A program made the translations under genes and the position numbers. A stretch of DNA of 63,292 bases, filler included, from Choristocarpus tenellus KU-1152 (taxonomy: Eukaryota; Protista; Phaeophyceae): NCBI GenBank assembly GCA_964200185.2. It is 10 parts of 10 records of this genome, joined end to end, with 100 filler letters (N's around TTAATTAATTAA, not from the genome) between each part and the next. Parts side by side here need not be neighbours in the genome. Positions count along the whole stretch, not along the records: positions 57,617 to 63,292 come from CAXNAD020010043.1; 9 more parts are not named here. The stretch is one strand, 5' to 3'. The first letter of the stretch is position 1. Each line of letters opens with the position of its first letter. Shown piece by piece: positions 61,200-63,292 of this stretch. Under the pieces are notes generated by a model that was given only the letters and a program-made list of their open reading frames with translations, did not search any database and had not been told where the DNA came from.

Positions 61200-63265
61200 C
61201 GATGGAGTACAACGAAATTACTCCGTCTCATACAATGCATGTTTAGAAGTAGTCCATGCTATAACCACTCCCGTGCATGTCTCAGGGGTCGACATTTTGA
61301 TTATTCACTGACCATGCGGCACGCCGACATCTTTAGTACATGCAAGATACAGACAATGTGTTGACACGTTGGACTTTTGCTGTCCAATGGTTCGAGATAC
61401 GGTTCATCACAAACCAGACAGGGACAATGTTGTGCCTGATTCCTTTTCTCGCCTCCTTCTGAATGAGATCAATAGAATGCCGAAAGTACTTGCCCCAATT
61501 TGTAGGAATATTCCGCAAAACACACCGTCAAATACTTCAGCCCCACGTCAAGCATAAGATGAAATATATCCAGAATTGCCTTCATGAGTTAGATGTAATT
61601 CAGAGTGACCAACCGCGAATATTCCAGTAGTTCAGTGAACATATTTCCAACTTTGGACCACACCAAAATTCGTTCAGCACAAATGAATCAGTTTTCCCTT
61701 TATTTTGTGTATTTAGAAGCCCCGATTCACCATCTACGCCTCCTTGAGAATGGAGGTATTGTATGTCATATTTTTTTGTGTACGCTGACAATTTCCCAGG
61801 GCACATACACAAATACCGTGCTTTTCGTGGCCAATTAGTGGTTCCAAAAGAATTGCAATCTCTGGTCTTATATGCTGGTCACCATCATACTTCTTAAGGA
61901 GGTCGCTTTGGTCTTTCCCATACACTTGATTGACAAGGGTACGAGGCTGGTATTGGTGACCCATGTTTCAAAAAGATGTTAGAGGATGGTGTGAGAGATG
62001 TCAACTTTGCCAGCGACAAAAAGCGCTCACAGACGTCTTACACTACCTCAAGGACAACTTCCTGCCACTCGACCATTTGAATGGAGCGCTGTTGATGTTG
62101 TACATTATAAAACCATTTCTGGTGGATGTCGATACATTCTTTCGGCTATATGCCAATTGACACCCTTTGTTTTTCTCATTCCAATTCTAGAAAAACAAGA
62201 AGTGACCATTGCGAAAGCTTTGTTTGAAAGAATATTTTCAATATTTGAGCACCTGAAATTCTTCACTCTGACCAAGGTTCAGAATTTGAAAATAAATTGT
62301 TCTGGATTACAGTGTTTGGGTACCATAAAACTCGTACAACACCCTACAAACCACAGGGTAATTTTGTTTTAGAGTATGTCCGTCCTATACACTACATCAA
62401 ATGTTATCCATGTACAGTAAAACAGCAGAGAATAATTGGGTGACTGTTGTTCCATTCCTTCAACTTGCTCACAAAAAGGCCTACAATACCACATTACAAG
62501 AAACACCTTTTTGGCTCAAAGAATCTGGGGGGGGGGAGGGTCTACACCACGGTGTCCATTTGGGTCCTGACCAGGCGAAGTTCACTTACGTTACCCATCC
62601 GATGCATGCAACCAAATTCACCCAAAAATCGCAACATGAAAGATGGGCTCTGGGTGGACAGTCGCCACCCCTCCCCAGATACTTTGGGCCTTTTTTCTTG
62701 CTTTTTGGACCCTGCCCTATATTACCGATAGATGTCATTTTTGGCCTATCCAAAGGAACACTAGCCCAAACTAGTCAAGAGTTTACTCAATCAGCTGAGA
62801 ATTTACAGATAGCTTTTGAAATAGCCCGTCGCAATCTGGAAGAATGGAATACTAAACGATTGTTAACAATGAAAACTCTTATTTCCCCCATGTTTCAAGT
62901 TGGAGCTCAGGTTTTGGTACATCGTCCACACACTGACCGTGATGGACTTAATCCCAATTTGATTCACCCCTGACGTGGGCCTTTCACAGTGACTACCAAG
63001 ATTTCCCCTGTGGTTTACTGTGACCGAAAACAAGATGACACCAAAGATATTTCTGTTCACTTGGCCAAGTTGAAACCTTACTTTCCAAACACACAACCAT
63101 GTGAACCTGGTTTTATGAACCTCCGCGAATTTTTTCTTGGTCGTAACTTTACCCTTACCGGATCTCAATGATTTGGAGTTCCCACCAACCATTGATCCCT
63201 ATATTATTGAAGCTATTGCGGGACGCAAATTTGACTGTGGACCTCGTTCACCTAATCAACATAGA
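61200..63265 (+). mobile_element. Ty3/gypsy pol fragment (RNase H end - integrase), decayed, with MITE insertion
   Basis: LTRW...VHHKPDRDNVVPDSFSR, then integrase Zn-binding (YW.PMFQKDVRGWCERCQLCQRQK), core (RPFEWSAVDVV...TIAKALFERIF), W...VPFLQLA...YN...ETPF..LFG and FQVG.QVLV...W.GPF.V...VH..KLKPY. Many frameshifts. Confidence 0.92.
62513..62690. mobile_element. G-tract MITE, complete, inserted in a T run of the gypsy integrase
   Basis: ggctcaaagaatctggggg ... ccccagatactttgggcc, with tttt on both flanks. Confidence 0.9.
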
Positions 63266-63292
63266 AGATCCAGAGTATCTAGGGGGGGGGTG

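Overview
This is eukaryotic, intron-rich, repeat-laden nuclear DNA, most likely from an ochrophyte alga. A brown alga or close relative is inferred from a bipartite signal peptide with an ASAF-type plastid leader, interstitial TTAGGG repeats and long introns. The window is a pseudomolecule of 10 contigs joined by nine artificial 100-bp linkers (N44-TTAATTAATTAA-N44), so neighbourhood across linkers is not biological evidence. Host genes built by hand from splice sites: the 5' part of NOL10/Enp2 (-), head-to-head with a complete nine-finger TFIIIA-like C2H2 gene (+); three myosin motor-domain exons including a GC-AG intron; a complete, probably plastid-targeted Mpv17/PMP22 protein; and nine exons of a DDX21/RH3-like DEAD-box helicase (-). 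The rest is mostly transposon debris: a Ty1/copia LTR+gag, several Ty3/gypsy pol fragments, a solo LTR nested in gypsy pol, CRE-type RLE non-LTR 3' ends, a foldback element and several MITE families sharing a GRNYCAAAG terminus with 4-bp TSDs. The most interesting locus is the TFIIIA gene. Finger 4 is split by a 107-aa insertion. Intron 1 holds a consensus alternative donor that lies downstream of a stop codon and is buried in a predicted stem. Tandem acceptors can remove the first Cys of finger 5. Together these suggest an untested splicing-level control of TFIIIA, beside a promoter region shared with a 40S biogenesis factor.
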